A stretch of 33,219 bases of DNA from a virus. Taxonomy: Duplodnaviria > Heunggongvirae > Uroviricota > Caudoviricetes. Below the pieces are notes generated by a model that was given only the letters and a program-made list of their open reading frames with translations, did no database searches and had not been told where the DNA came from. The position numbers were made by a program, and so were the translations under genes. Below are positions 8,450 through 15,468 of this stretch, in pieces. Numbering within the stretch: position 1 is the stretch's first letter; the number at the start of each line of letters is the position of its first letter. The stretch covers positions 1 to 33,219 of the IMG/VR virus record IMGVR_UViG_3300046533_000211; one strand, given 5' to 3'.

Positions 8450-8517
8450 GGCCTGGTGCCAGTCCTGTTGTCGAATATAGCCTACCGGGGTAGCAATTGA
8501 CAAGCTACCCCGGTAGG
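8450..8517 (-). promoter_or_regulatory. Cassette 3: TTGTCA-ATTGCTA-N11-TATATT plus hairpin, inside a 14-bp inverted repeat
   Basis: Box 8491-8498, -10 8474-8479, core 8450-8460; IR arms 8481-8494 and 8504-8517. Confidence 0.85.
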
Positions 8518-8525
8518 CCGGGTTC

Positions 8526-10118
8526 CTACAGATCCAGCTTGCGGGCTGGGCTGTCGGCCTCGACTGCCTTGGCGGCAGCCTGGGGGCTGGTGGCAGGACG
8601 GGCACGGCCTGCCCACTCCTTGCGGAGCCGGTCGATCTTCTCGGCAGCTGTCTTGGCCAGCGGCACGATGGTCTTGGCTATCCGCAGGATGTCATCCGTG
8701 GTGACCTCGCGGGCATCATCCGCAAAGGAGGTGAACATCGCCTCGGGCACCAGGGCAGCCAGCTCGGCACCCGTGAAGGTATCGGTTGCGTCTGCAATGG
8801 CAGGCAGGTCGATGCCGATGGTGTCGGCGTCCCGCCCGTTGGCCTTCAGTGCTGCAGCCATGACGGCCTCGCGCTCGTCGTGAGTGGGCACGTCGACCCA
8901 CCAGATCTCGTCGAACCTCCCCTTCCTCATCAGCTCCGGGGGCAGCTTGCTGGCGTCGTTCGCCGTGGCAATCACGAACGCGGAACCTTGGCGGTCCTGC
9001 ATCCAGGACAGGATGGCACCCAGTGCGTCGGCAGACACACCACCATCGCCCTGTTCACCCGTGGAACCGGCGAGCGCCTTCTCGATCTCATCCAGCCAGA
9101 CCACGCAGCGACCAATCGCCTCGATCACGCTGAGCGCCTTGCGGAGGTTGCCCTCGCTCTCGCCCACGTACTTGGACTTGAGCGCACCCAGGTCCAGCCG
9201 GATCAGCGGGACGTTCCACTCAGCCGCAAGGGCCTTGGCGCTGTAGGACTTGCCACAGCCTGGGACACCGATGACCATCGTGCCCTTGGGAGCCTGCAGG
9301 CCATAGGCCCGAGCAGCGGGGCTGAAGGCCAGCGACCGGCTGACGAGCCAGGCCTTGTAATCGGGCATGCCGCCCACGATGGACAGGCCACCGGCTGGCG
9401 GGTCGATCCACTCCAGGACACCCTCGCGGGCGATCACACGCTTCTTCTCGCTGGCGATGGTGGCCGGGTCGATCTTGCGGAGCTGGACCAGTGAGCGCGC
9501 GAAGCAGGCTTGCGCTTCCTCACCACTCAGGCCCACGGCTGCGTCGATGGCAGCATCCCGCTGGCCGTTGACTGCCGTCCTCTGCAGCTCCTCGGGCAGG
9601 GATGACACGGTGGCGTCCAGCAGGGCCGCGATCTCCTCACGGTCAGGCAGCGGCCACTCGATCACGGTTGCGTGACCAGCCAGCTCAGCGGGAATGTCGC
9701 CACTGGGGCTGATCACGATCACAGCCTGGGCGTTCTCACGGGCCTGGCCAGGAAGCCAGCGGGCCAGGTTGCGCAGGCGACGCAGTGTCATGGCGCTTGT
9801 CGGACCACTCAGCCACACTGGCAGGTCGCGCATGATCCACACGCCACGCTCACCACTGGTGTCCTTGATGATGTCCAGCGCGCCATCGGGATCGCCCACA
9901 CCCTGGTCTGTGGTCCTGCCGCTGATGCTGGCCACACCTTGGGCAATGTCCCAGGTCCTGGCCAGGTAGCCCGCTGAGGCAGCAGCCTCGAACAGGTACT
10001 TCTCGACCCGCGCTTCCTCGCGACTTACCACCCAGAGGAGTGGGTTGCGGGCACGCAGGAGGGCAGCCACATCAGCGGCAACGGTCTGCGAACGGGTTAC
10101 ATCTGCTTTCACGCTCAT
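8526..10118 (-). CDS. AAA+ ATPase, Ycf46-like (degenerate N-terminal AAA plus active C-terminal AAA; 530 aa)
   Basis: Walker A GVPGCGKS, pore loop KYVGESE, Walker B VVWLDEIEK, SRH ATANDASKLPPELMRKGRFDE. Confidence 0.92.
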   Translation of the reverse strand: MSVKADVTRSQTVAADVAALLRARNPLLWVVSREEARVEKYLFEAAASAGYLARTWDIAQGVASISGRTTDQGVGDPDGALDIIKDTSGERGVWIMRDLPVWLSGPTSAMTLRRLRNLARWLPGQARENAQAVIVISPSGDIPAELAGHATVIEWPLPDREEIAALLDATVSSLPEELQRTAVNGQRDAAIDAAVGLSGEEAQACFARSLVQLRKIDPATIASEKKRVIAREGVLEWIDPPAGGLSIVGGMPDYKAWLVSRSLAFSPAARAYGLQAPKGTMVIGVPGCGKSYSAKALAAEWNVPLIRLDLGALKSKYVGESEGNLRKALSVIEAIGRCVVWLDEIEKALAGSTGEQGDGGVSADALGAILSWMQDRQGSAFVIATANDASKLPPELMRKGRFDEIWWVDVPTHDEREAVMAAALKANGRDADTIGIDLPAIADATDTFTGAELAALVPEAMFTSFADDAREVTTDDILRIAKTIVPLAKTAAEKIDRLRKEWAGRARPATSPQAAAKAVEADSPARKLDL

Positions 10119-10141
10119 GAGATCTCCATCTGTCTTGACCA

Positions 10142-10194
10142 GGCCTGGTGCCTGATCTCCTGTCGAGGATATGTTACCCCGCTAGCAATTGCAA
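10142..10194 (-). promoter_or_regulatory. Cassette 4: TTGCAATTGCTA-N11-TATCCT plus hairpin
   Basis: Box 10183-10190, -10 10166-10171, core 10142-10152. Confidence 0.85.
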
Positions 10195-10240
10195 GCTCAC
10201 TGAGCGATTGCCTGCACAGAGTTGAGGGTATCCACCGGGT

Positions 10241-10483
10241 ATGACAACTCAGGACCGCAAGCAGGATCGCAACCAGTTCGATGGCGATGCAGCCAATTTC
10301 GCCAACACCGCCCGTGCCCAGCTCAGTGCGTTCATCGACAACCTGGAGCAGATGGTCAGCAAGGGCCGAGATCTCCTGGTGGACATGGACGCGCGACTGG
10401 AGGACTTCGATGGCGGGAGCCGTCGCCTCACGGAGACGGAGACGGAGAAGCGGGAGAAGGTGCGTGCCGGAACTCGTTCTTGA
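10241..10483 (+). CDS. Hypothetical helical protein on the opposite strand (80 aa)
   Basis: Amphipathic, protein-like composition; no SD (possibly leaderless); 56-nt convergent overlap with the HTH gene. Confidence 0.5.
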   Translation: MTTQDRKQDRNQFDGDAANFANTARAQLSAFIDNLEQMVSKGRDLLVDMDARLEDFDGGSRRLTETETEKREKVRAGTRS

Positions 10484-10694
10484 TCTGGAACAGCCGCGCT
10501 GAACTCAGGCCCGTGACACCCATCAGCTGGCCCGAGGTGATGCCGTAGCGCATGGCCTCACGGATGAGTCCTCGCAGCTCCAGCTCGGCATCGAGGGCCT
10601 CCTGGCGCTTCTTGTCCAGCCGCACCGAGGCCTTGGAGATCGCGGCCATCCGGGCCACAGCCCACTCGGAAGTGTTGCGTTTGCGGTTACCCAT
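10428..10694 (-). CDS. Helix-turn-helix DNA-binding protein (88 aa)
   Basis: LIREAMRYGITSGQLMGVTGLSSARLFQIK is a typical phage HTH segment. Confidence 0.65.
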   Translation of the reverse strand: MGNRKRNTSEWAVARMAAISKASVRLDKKRQEALDAELELRGLIREAMRYGITSGQLMGVTGLSSARLFQIKNEFRHAPSPASPSPSP

Positions 10695-10864
10695 CGGTTT
10701 GCTGGCCTTCCTGGTGGCGGGAACCACCGCTGGAGGGTGAACGTAAAAACATACGTTGACCTGGCGAAACGGCGAGTTTAAGAGGGGTGGTGTGGTGGTG
10801 CCCACGAAGGACAAAAGCCGCTCTCGGGGCCGCTGAGGGCCGGCAATCGCTACCTGGGTAGCTA

Positions 10865-11026
10865 TTAACGATCATTAGCTACATCCTCGTCGGGCGCGTC
10901 CCCGAGGTCCTCGATCAGGCCGAGGGCGAGCAGCAGGCTGACCACCCGAAGGCGCAGCCAGTGCAGGCCTTCAGCGATGGTCATGTCTCGCCAGTCGCCG
11001 TATGGCTCGGGGCTGTATCCCGGCAT
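10865..11026 (-). CDS. Hypothetical protein (53 aa, MPGYSPEPYG...)
   Basis: Manually translated; GAGGAG SD. Confidence 0.55.
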   Translation of the reverse strand: MPGYSPEPYGDWRDMTIAEGLHWLRLRVVSLLLALGLIEDLGDAPDEDVANDR

Positions 11027-11217
11027 GGCTCCTCTATCTCGTAGACGACCCCCCTGGCGACCTCCCCGTGCAGCAGGCCCTCATGCTCACCGCAGCGCCA
11101 CCAACGGTTGCCGTTGGAGTCAATGACCGCCGAGGTGGCGGGCTGGCGGCAGCGGGCGTTTCCGCCCATGCCGAAACTGCACTCCTTGAACATGTCAGTG
11201 ATCCTCACCATCGTCAT
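10981..11217 (-). CDS. Hypothetical protein with Cys/His motif (78 aa)
   Basis: CRQPAT...WWRCGEH; ATGA coupling. Confidence 0.55.
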   Translation of the reverse strand: MTMVRITDMFKECSFGMGGNARCRQPATSAVIDSNGNRWWRCGEHEGLLHGEVARGVVYEIEEPCRDTAPSHTATGET

Positions 11218-11357
11218 GAGCGGCCCATCCCCGCCCAGTCATCGAAGCTGCGATCCAGACCGGAGTAGTTCAACGGCTCCTCTGCCGCATCCTCCTTCAC
11301 GCCAAGGGTGGCCTTGCGCTCCTCGCGGTCCTGCCCGCACACGATGCAGGTGCTCAC
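11214..11357 (-). CDS. Hypothetical protein (47 aa)
   Basis: GTGA overlap; CIVC. Confidence 0.45.
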   Translation of the reverse strand: MSTCIVCGQDREERKATLGVKEDAAEEPLNYSGLDRSFDDWAGMGRS

Positions 11358-11680
11358 TTGATCACCTCCCCCGGCAGCACGTTCTCGGGCGTGCTCACGC
11401 TGATGCTGAAGGCAGTGAACGGGCGGTTCGGCCTGCCGTCCGGGCGCACCGGGTTCCGTGGGTCCACAGAGCGCCACAGCTCGAACGCTTCCGTGGAGGT
11501 GTAGCGGGTGGCCTCATCGAGGTTGGGTGTGGTGCGCAGGTGGGCCATCATCACCTGGCCGGTGAGCGGCTCCCTTCCGTCACGTGACGGATCGAACTCG
11601 ACCACATACTGCCCGTCGAACCCAGTCACCCCGCCATTGATCAGCCCGACCACCTGGATGACCACCTCAGTGCTGTCCAT
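11354..11680 (-). CDS. Hypothetical protein (108 aa)
   Basis: GAGGAG SD; ends ...RPDGRPNRPFTAF. Confidence 0.65.
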   Translation of the reverse strand: MDSTEVVIQVVGLINGGVTGFDGQYVVEFDPSRDGREPLTGQVMMAHLRTTPNLDEATRYTSTEAFELWRSVDPRNPVRPDGRPNRPFTAFSISVSTPENVLPGEVIK

Positions 11681-12104
11681 CGTTCTCCTCCTCGTTGGCA
11701 GGCTCGGCCAGCCGCGCCAGCGACTGGGCACGGGCGATCTGGCCCATGATCTCGATCAGGCCCAGCATCTCCACCGGGGCCAGTTCATGCTGTGAGATCA
11801 CCCCGGAGCCATCGCCGTTCACGGTCACCTGGAGCAGGCCGAAGCGGTACACCGTGACATGCTCCACGTCGATCCTGCTGGGGCCGATCACGTCGGGCTG
11901 CACAGGCCTCAGCCGCAGCCCGTGGCGCTCCAGCCCCTCCTTGACGGAGTCCAGGTCCTTCTGGCTGAAGCCACGGAAGCTGAGCAGGTCCATCTCGGTC
12001 ATCGCGGTCAGGGCATCCACGCTGCAGACGCCCTCGCGCTTGAGGATGTTGAACGCCCGCACCGTGAGGTCCAGGTCCTCGATCTGGAGCGGCACAATGG
12101 TCAT
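11667..12104 (-). CDS. RNA polymerase alpha-subunit C-terminal-domain homolog fused to an unknown domain (145 aa)
   Basis: IEDLDLTVRAFNILKREGVCSVDALTAMTEMDLLSFRGFSQKDLDSVKEGLERHGL aligns with actinobacterial RpoA CTD ([25 protein letters not shown]...). Confidence 0.88.
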   Translation of the reverse strand: MTIVPLQIEDLDLTVRAFNILKREGVCSVDALTAMTEMDLLSFRGFSQKDLDSVKEGLERHGLRLRPVQPDVIGPSRIDVEHVTVYRFGLLQVTVNGDGSGVISQHELAPVEMLGLIEIMGQIARAQSLARLAEPANEEENDGQH

Positions 12105-12817
12105 CGGGCTAGCGCCTTCCATCGGTCCAGCATCTCCTGCCAGTCGGCCTTCCATCGGGCCAGCGTCCCCTTCCACTCCGCGACCTGCCAGCTGACCTCG
12201 TCCTTGCCTTCCCCTGCGTCACTGAGTTCATTGAGCACATCGAGCAGGTTGGTCATGTCACCAATCACATTGGTGTCCTCGATGTTTGGCGGCTCAGGCA
12301 GCTTGGCCTCGGCCATGATGGCGCGTCGGAAGATCTTGTTCGCCAGCACCCGCAGGATGGCGTGGTCCTCTAGGAAGTCCTGCTGTTCGGCATCGGGCAG
12401 CGGCTCAGCGATCACCACGAGCTGAGCCTTGTCGGTGCTGAAGGTGTACACGCCCTGCGGCCCCTCCTCCTGGGGGTGGCAGTATTCGCAGTCCTCCTCT
12501 GCTCCGGGGTGCATGACGTGGACCTTGCCGCCGTCCGGGCCGGTGAAGGTCAGACTGTCCTCATCGACCGGCTGATGAGTGGCATGCGTGGCAGCCTGAG
12601 CTGGCGGCAACACGTCACCGCCCCATGTCTCCACCTCGACGGCCCTGCGCTCAGGGGTGCGCTCGATGTACTGCGCCGGGGTCACGATGGCGATGCCGCT
12701 GGTCATCTCGGGGTCGATCTCCGGGTGGGTGAACCCACCGTCGTAGCCCTCCATGTCACCATCCGGGTCGTCACCCAGGTCGACGTGCTCCACGTCAAGG
12801 GGTTCATCCTTGGTCAC
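12101..12817 (-). CDS. Acidic hypothetical protein (238 aa)
   Basis: GTG after GGAGGAG; C-terminal 11-aa repeat W..TLARWKA / WQEMLDRWKA. Confidence 0.7.
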   Translation of the reverse strand: MTKDEPLDVEHVDLGDDPDGDMEGYDGGFTHPEIDPEMTSGIAIVTPAQYIERTPERRAVEVETWGGDVLPPAQAATHATHQPVDEDSLTFTGPDGGKVHVMHPGAEEDCEYCHPQEEGPQGVYTFSTDKAQLVVIAEPLPDAEQQDFLEDHAILRVLANKIFRRAIMAEAKLPEPPNIEDTNVIGDMTNLLDVLNELSDAGEGKDEVSWQVAEWKGTLARWKADWQEMLDRWKALAR

Positions 12818-12996
12818 GTCTGCTCCTCCTTCGCAGCCTTCCTGGCTGCCTTGACCTGTGCGTGCAGCTCAGCCCTGGATAGGTGGCGGTTGCATGCACA
12901 GGTGATCGGAAATCGTTTGAAGCGGGTGGCGTAGCCACACACCGGGCACGGGGTGGTCAGCTCCTTGCTGTCGTTACCCCGGACGCTGGTCGTCAC
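12814..12996 (-). CDS. Zinc-ribbon-like protein (60 aa)
   Basis: CPVC...CAC..H; AGGAGGAG SD. Confidence 0.6.
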   Translation of the reverse strand: MTTSVRGNDSKELTTPCPVCGYATRFKRFPITCACNRHLSRAELHAQVKAARKAAKEEQT

Positions 12997-13102
12997 GGTT
13001 CTCCTCCTTGGTTGGTTCCTGGCCCCACAGGATGCGGCGCAGCCTGGATGGCGGGGCGGGCTTACGATGCCGACCCACGTAGGTGTTGGCGTGGTTGCTC
13101 AT
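12974..13102 (-). CDS. Hypothetical protein (42 aa, MSNHANTYVGRHRK...)
   Basis: Manually translated; GAAAGGA SD. Confidence 0.5.
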   Translation of the reverse strand: MSNHANTYVGRHRKPAPPSRLRRILWGQEPTKEENRDDQRPG

Positions 13103-13120
13103 GGTTCCTTTCGGGTGGTT

Positions 13121-13160
13121 GGGTGGGTGCCCAGGAATCGTGATGTCCGGGCACCCACCC
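13121..13160. terminator. Long GC-rich hairpin (terminator or processing site)
   Basis: GGGTGGGTGCCC/GGGCACCCACCC 12-bp perfect arms just after the stop at 13186; no U-tract. Confidence 0.55.
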
Positions 13161-13185
13161 GGTGACTAGCTAGCGCCGCAGCAGG

Positions 13186-13521
13186 TCAGTTCGACCCGTT
13201 GTGGTTGTAGGGCTTGTGGTGATGCACCACGACCGTTGTGTTGCTGGTGTTGAACGAGCCAGCGCCGGTGTTGATCAGGTTGTTCGAGAAGTTGCCGTTG
13301 CCGACGTTCAGCGTCAACGAGTTGCCCGAGAACAAGGACACGTGGTTCCCGTTCACCGTGCCGATCTGGTTGATCGTCTTGGTGATGTTCTGGACAGGAT
13401 GCCCATTGCCCCACTGCGGACCATCGCTCGGTGAGGCCAAGGCCGACCCGGCACCACCAACGGCCATTGCCGTCATGCCGAGGCCGAGCACGGACCCTGC
13501 CACCATCTTGCGTACCTGCAT
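13186..13521 (-). CDS. Secreted Asn/Gly-rich low-complexity protein (111 aa)
   Basis: Signal peptide MQVRKMVAGSVLGLGMTAMAVGGAGSALA; GNGNFSNN / GAGSFN repeats; AAAGGA SD. Confidence 0.7.
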   Translation of the reverse strand: MQVRKMVAGSVLGLGMTAMAVGGAGSALASPSDGPQWGNGHPVQNITKTINQIGTVNGNHVSLFSGNSLTLNVGNGNFSNNLINTGAGSFNTSNTTVVVHHHKPYNHNGSN

Positions 13522-13544
13522 ACTCATTCCTTTCGTTGACCCCT

Positions 13545-13555
13545 GGCCCAGTGCC
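13545..13555 (-). promoter_or_regulatory. Hairpin motif copy 5 (GGCACTGGGCC)
   Basis: Flanks GACCTC-G / A-GGGGTC pair; intergenic, 5' of the SD. Confidence 0.75.
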
Positions 13556-13580
13556 CGAGGTCCTGCCGGGACTGTCCCGG

Positions 13581-13976
13581 TCAGGTCTGTGTGCGGCGTA
13601 GAGCCGCGAGCAGTCTCAGCCCCTCCGGGCTGTACCGCTGCTGTTCGTAGCTGATCTCCCACCGATTCAGGGCCTCGCGCACCAGCCGCTGGGCGATGCC
13701 ACGCCTCTGGCGCTTCGGGTGGACCCAGACGTTGATGTTCCCGGCCTGCTCCAGATCCGAGGTCGTCGGGTAGTGGTTGAGGATGCCGGTCAGGTCACCA
13801 TGCCGATCCCGCATGAGCAGGCAGTCGACAGGCTCACCGGGTGGCGCATCGTGCTCATTGGCATAGTGGCGCTCGTAGCTGATCCCCGGCTGGCCCTTGG
13901 CCGCATACTGGCACGCCTGCGACTCCCAGGTGTAGACCAGGCCCCAGACCATCTCAGGCTCCCATGTATCGCTCAC
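13581..13976 (-). CDS. GNAT family N-acetyltransferase (131 aa)
   Basis: Acetyl-CoA motif A VWVHPKRQRRGIAQRLV; YSPEG. Confidence 0.8.
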   Translation of the reverse strand: MSDTWEPEMVWGLVYTWESQACQYAAKGQPGISYERHYANEHDAPPGEPVDCLLMRDRHGDLTGILNHYPTTSDLEQAGNINVWVHPKRQRRGIAQRLVREALNRWEISYEQQRYSPEGLRLLAALRRTQT

Positions 13977-14185
13977 GCTGCGATCACCCCCGATGGCGGG
14001 AGCGGACCATGCTCACGACGCCAGGCAGCAGCAAACGCAAAGCCTGCGTTCATGCCCGCCACATCGAAGCCCAGGCCGTTCTCGGCAATGTGGGCATCCA
14101 TGGCAGCCTGGAACGCCACCACCTCAGGCAGGGCTTCCCAGGCCGCGACCAGCTGGGCCTGCTCATGCAGGGACTGCTTCATCAC
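13973..14185 (-). CDS. Hypothetical protein (70 aa)
   Basis: GTGA overlaps at both ends. Confidence 0.6.
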   Translation of the reverse strand: MMKQSLHEQAQLVAAWEALPEVVAFQAAMDAHIAENGLGFDVAGMNAGFAFAAAWRREHGPLPPSGVIAA

Positions 14186-14394
14186 GCCGCCCTTCCCCAG
14201 TGCTCACCGCAGTTGACATTCCGACCGCCACAGCAGAACCGAGCCGACTCGGCCCAATCATGCTCAGCCTGCTCGTCGGCCTCAAGGATCTCGCCCACGA
14301 AGTCAACGTCATGCTCGGTCACGGACTCAGGGTTATCGGCCAGTGGCCAGCCCGCCTGCTCCTCCAGGCACAGCACCTCGATCACTCTGATCAT
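14182..14394 (-). CDS. Hypothetical acidic protein (70 aa)
   Basis: ATGA coupling; CCGG..CGEH. Confidence 0.55.
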   Translation of the reverse strand: MIRVIEVLCLEEQAGWPLADNPESVTEHDVDFVGEILEADEQAEHDWAESARFCCGGRNVNCGEHWGRAA

Positions 14395-14546
14395 CGGGCC
14401 GTCTCCCTCGGGACAACATGGCCACAGGTGGCCAGGACAGCATGGACCTTGCCCATGATCTCCACGACCCGGCGGTCCATATGGCACTGCGGACAGTGGG
14501 CGACAAGCGCCAGCTTGCGGGCAGCGTTGGGGCGAGATACTCGCAT
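14391..14546 (-). CDS. Zinc-ribbon protein (51 aa; CPQC...TCGH)
   Basis: Manually translated; GAGGAGG SD; first gene after cassette 6. Confidence 0.6.
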   Translation of the reverse strand: MRVSRPNAARKLALVAHCPQCHMDRRVVEIMGKVHAVLATCGHVVPRETAR

Positions 14547-14572
14547 GATTCCCTCCTCAGGGACCAGTGCTC

Positions 14573-14623
14573 GGCCTGGTGCCGAACTGAGATCATTAAA
14601 CCATACCGGAATAGCAATTGCTA
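14573..14623 (-). promoter_or_regulatory. Cassette 6: palindrome TAGCAATTGCTA, N11, TTTAAT plus hairpin
   Basis: Palindrome 14612-14623, -10 14595-14600, core 14573-14583. Confidence 0.85.
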
Positions 14624-14917
14624 GTCAGGCCAACGACCCAGCAGGCAGTCGCCGCACTTGGCTTCCTCACCAGTGAGCCGCCAGACGCGCCCGCACGGCT
14701 CATGCCTGACCAGGATGCCCGCCATGTATCCACGGGGTTGCTCGTACTCATCGTGGTCGTACATCGTCTCGCCCAGCTTGATGGGTTCCGGGGTGGTGTG
14801 GTCAATGGCGTCCCAGTCCACAGTCCAGCCTGGTGGCGGCTTGCCCAGGAACCCATTGGCGAACCACAGCTCGGGTTCGGCGTGGAAGTCGCACTCGTTG
14901 TCTTGGCGCGCGCTCAC
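14621..14917 (-). CDS. Hypothetical protein ending VWRLT...GRWPD (98 aa)
   Basis: GTGA coupling; C-terminus similar to 17619-18086. Confidence 0.65.
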   Translation of the reverse strand: MSARQDNECDFHAEPELWFANGFLGKPPPGWTVDWDAIDHTTPEPIKLGETMYDHDEYEQPRGYMAGILVRHEPCGRVWRLTGEEAKCGDCLLGRWPD

Positions 14918-15132
14918 TCCAGCACCTCGGCCAGGGTGAACCTGGCCAACCGCAGCGGCTGGCCCGTCGCATCCGCGTGCATGCGGGCCAGGCCCTCCAG
15001 GCGACGGATGAGCAGCAGGTCCCGATGGATCAGCGGCGCGTGCTCACCGACGCCTGGGATCAGCGCCCCGACCATGCTCCACTGGCCATCCGGCTCCTGG
15101 ACCTGCCAGGCGTACAAAGTGTCACCGTCCAT
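14914..15132 (-). CDS. Hypothetical protein (72 aa)
   Basis: GAGGAAG SD; coupled. Confidence 0.6.
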   Translation of the reverse strand: MDGDTLYAWQVQEPDGQWSMVGALIPGVGEHAPLIHRDLLLIRRLEGLARMHADATGQPLRLARFTLAEVLE

Positions 15133-15307
15133 CAGTGCTTCCTCTCGGGTGGGATGTCATGTGCCACCTGCCGCAGCAGCATCGGTACGGCTGGTGGAAC
15201 CGCGTGTACGTCGCGACAATGAAGCCTCTGAGCGCCTCACCACGTGAGCGATAAGCGCGCTTCCAGGGCGTCGGGCAGGGCTTAAGCGGCGTCGGTGCCC
15301 GGCTCAC
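15122..15307 (-). CDS. Small phage Cys/His protein (61 aa)
   Basis: C...KRAY.SR.EA...YRCCCGRWHMTS pattern recalled from phage hypotheticals. Confidence 0.65.
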   Translation of the reverse strand: MSRAPTPLKPCPTPWKRAYRSRGEALRGFIVATYTRFHQPYRCCCGRWHMTSHPRGSTDGR

Positions 15308-15468
15308 CAGTCCACCTCCAGCTGATCAGGGCTGTAGTAGCTCGGGCGGTCCCGGCAGTCCCACAGGACTCCGATGGTGATGGTGCCCTTCGCAAGCACC
15401 TTCACCACGGACCCCTCGCTGGTGCGACCACACAGCCGCACCCGGTCGCCAAACTCTGGTGACCTCAT
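15304..15468 (-). CDS. Small SH3/KOW-like protein (54 aa)
   Basis: Manually translated: FGDRVRL...EGSVVKV...VLWD...YYSPDQLE; ATGA overlap with Ku. Confidence 0.55.
   Translation of the reverse strand: MRSPEFGDRVRLCGRTSEGSVVKVLAKGTITIGVLWDCRDRPSYYSPDQLEVDW

Noticed and set aside
12101-12180. 33-nt tandem repeat as a regulatory element
   Set aside because: Explained by an 11-residue helical repeat at the C-terminus of ORF 12101-12817
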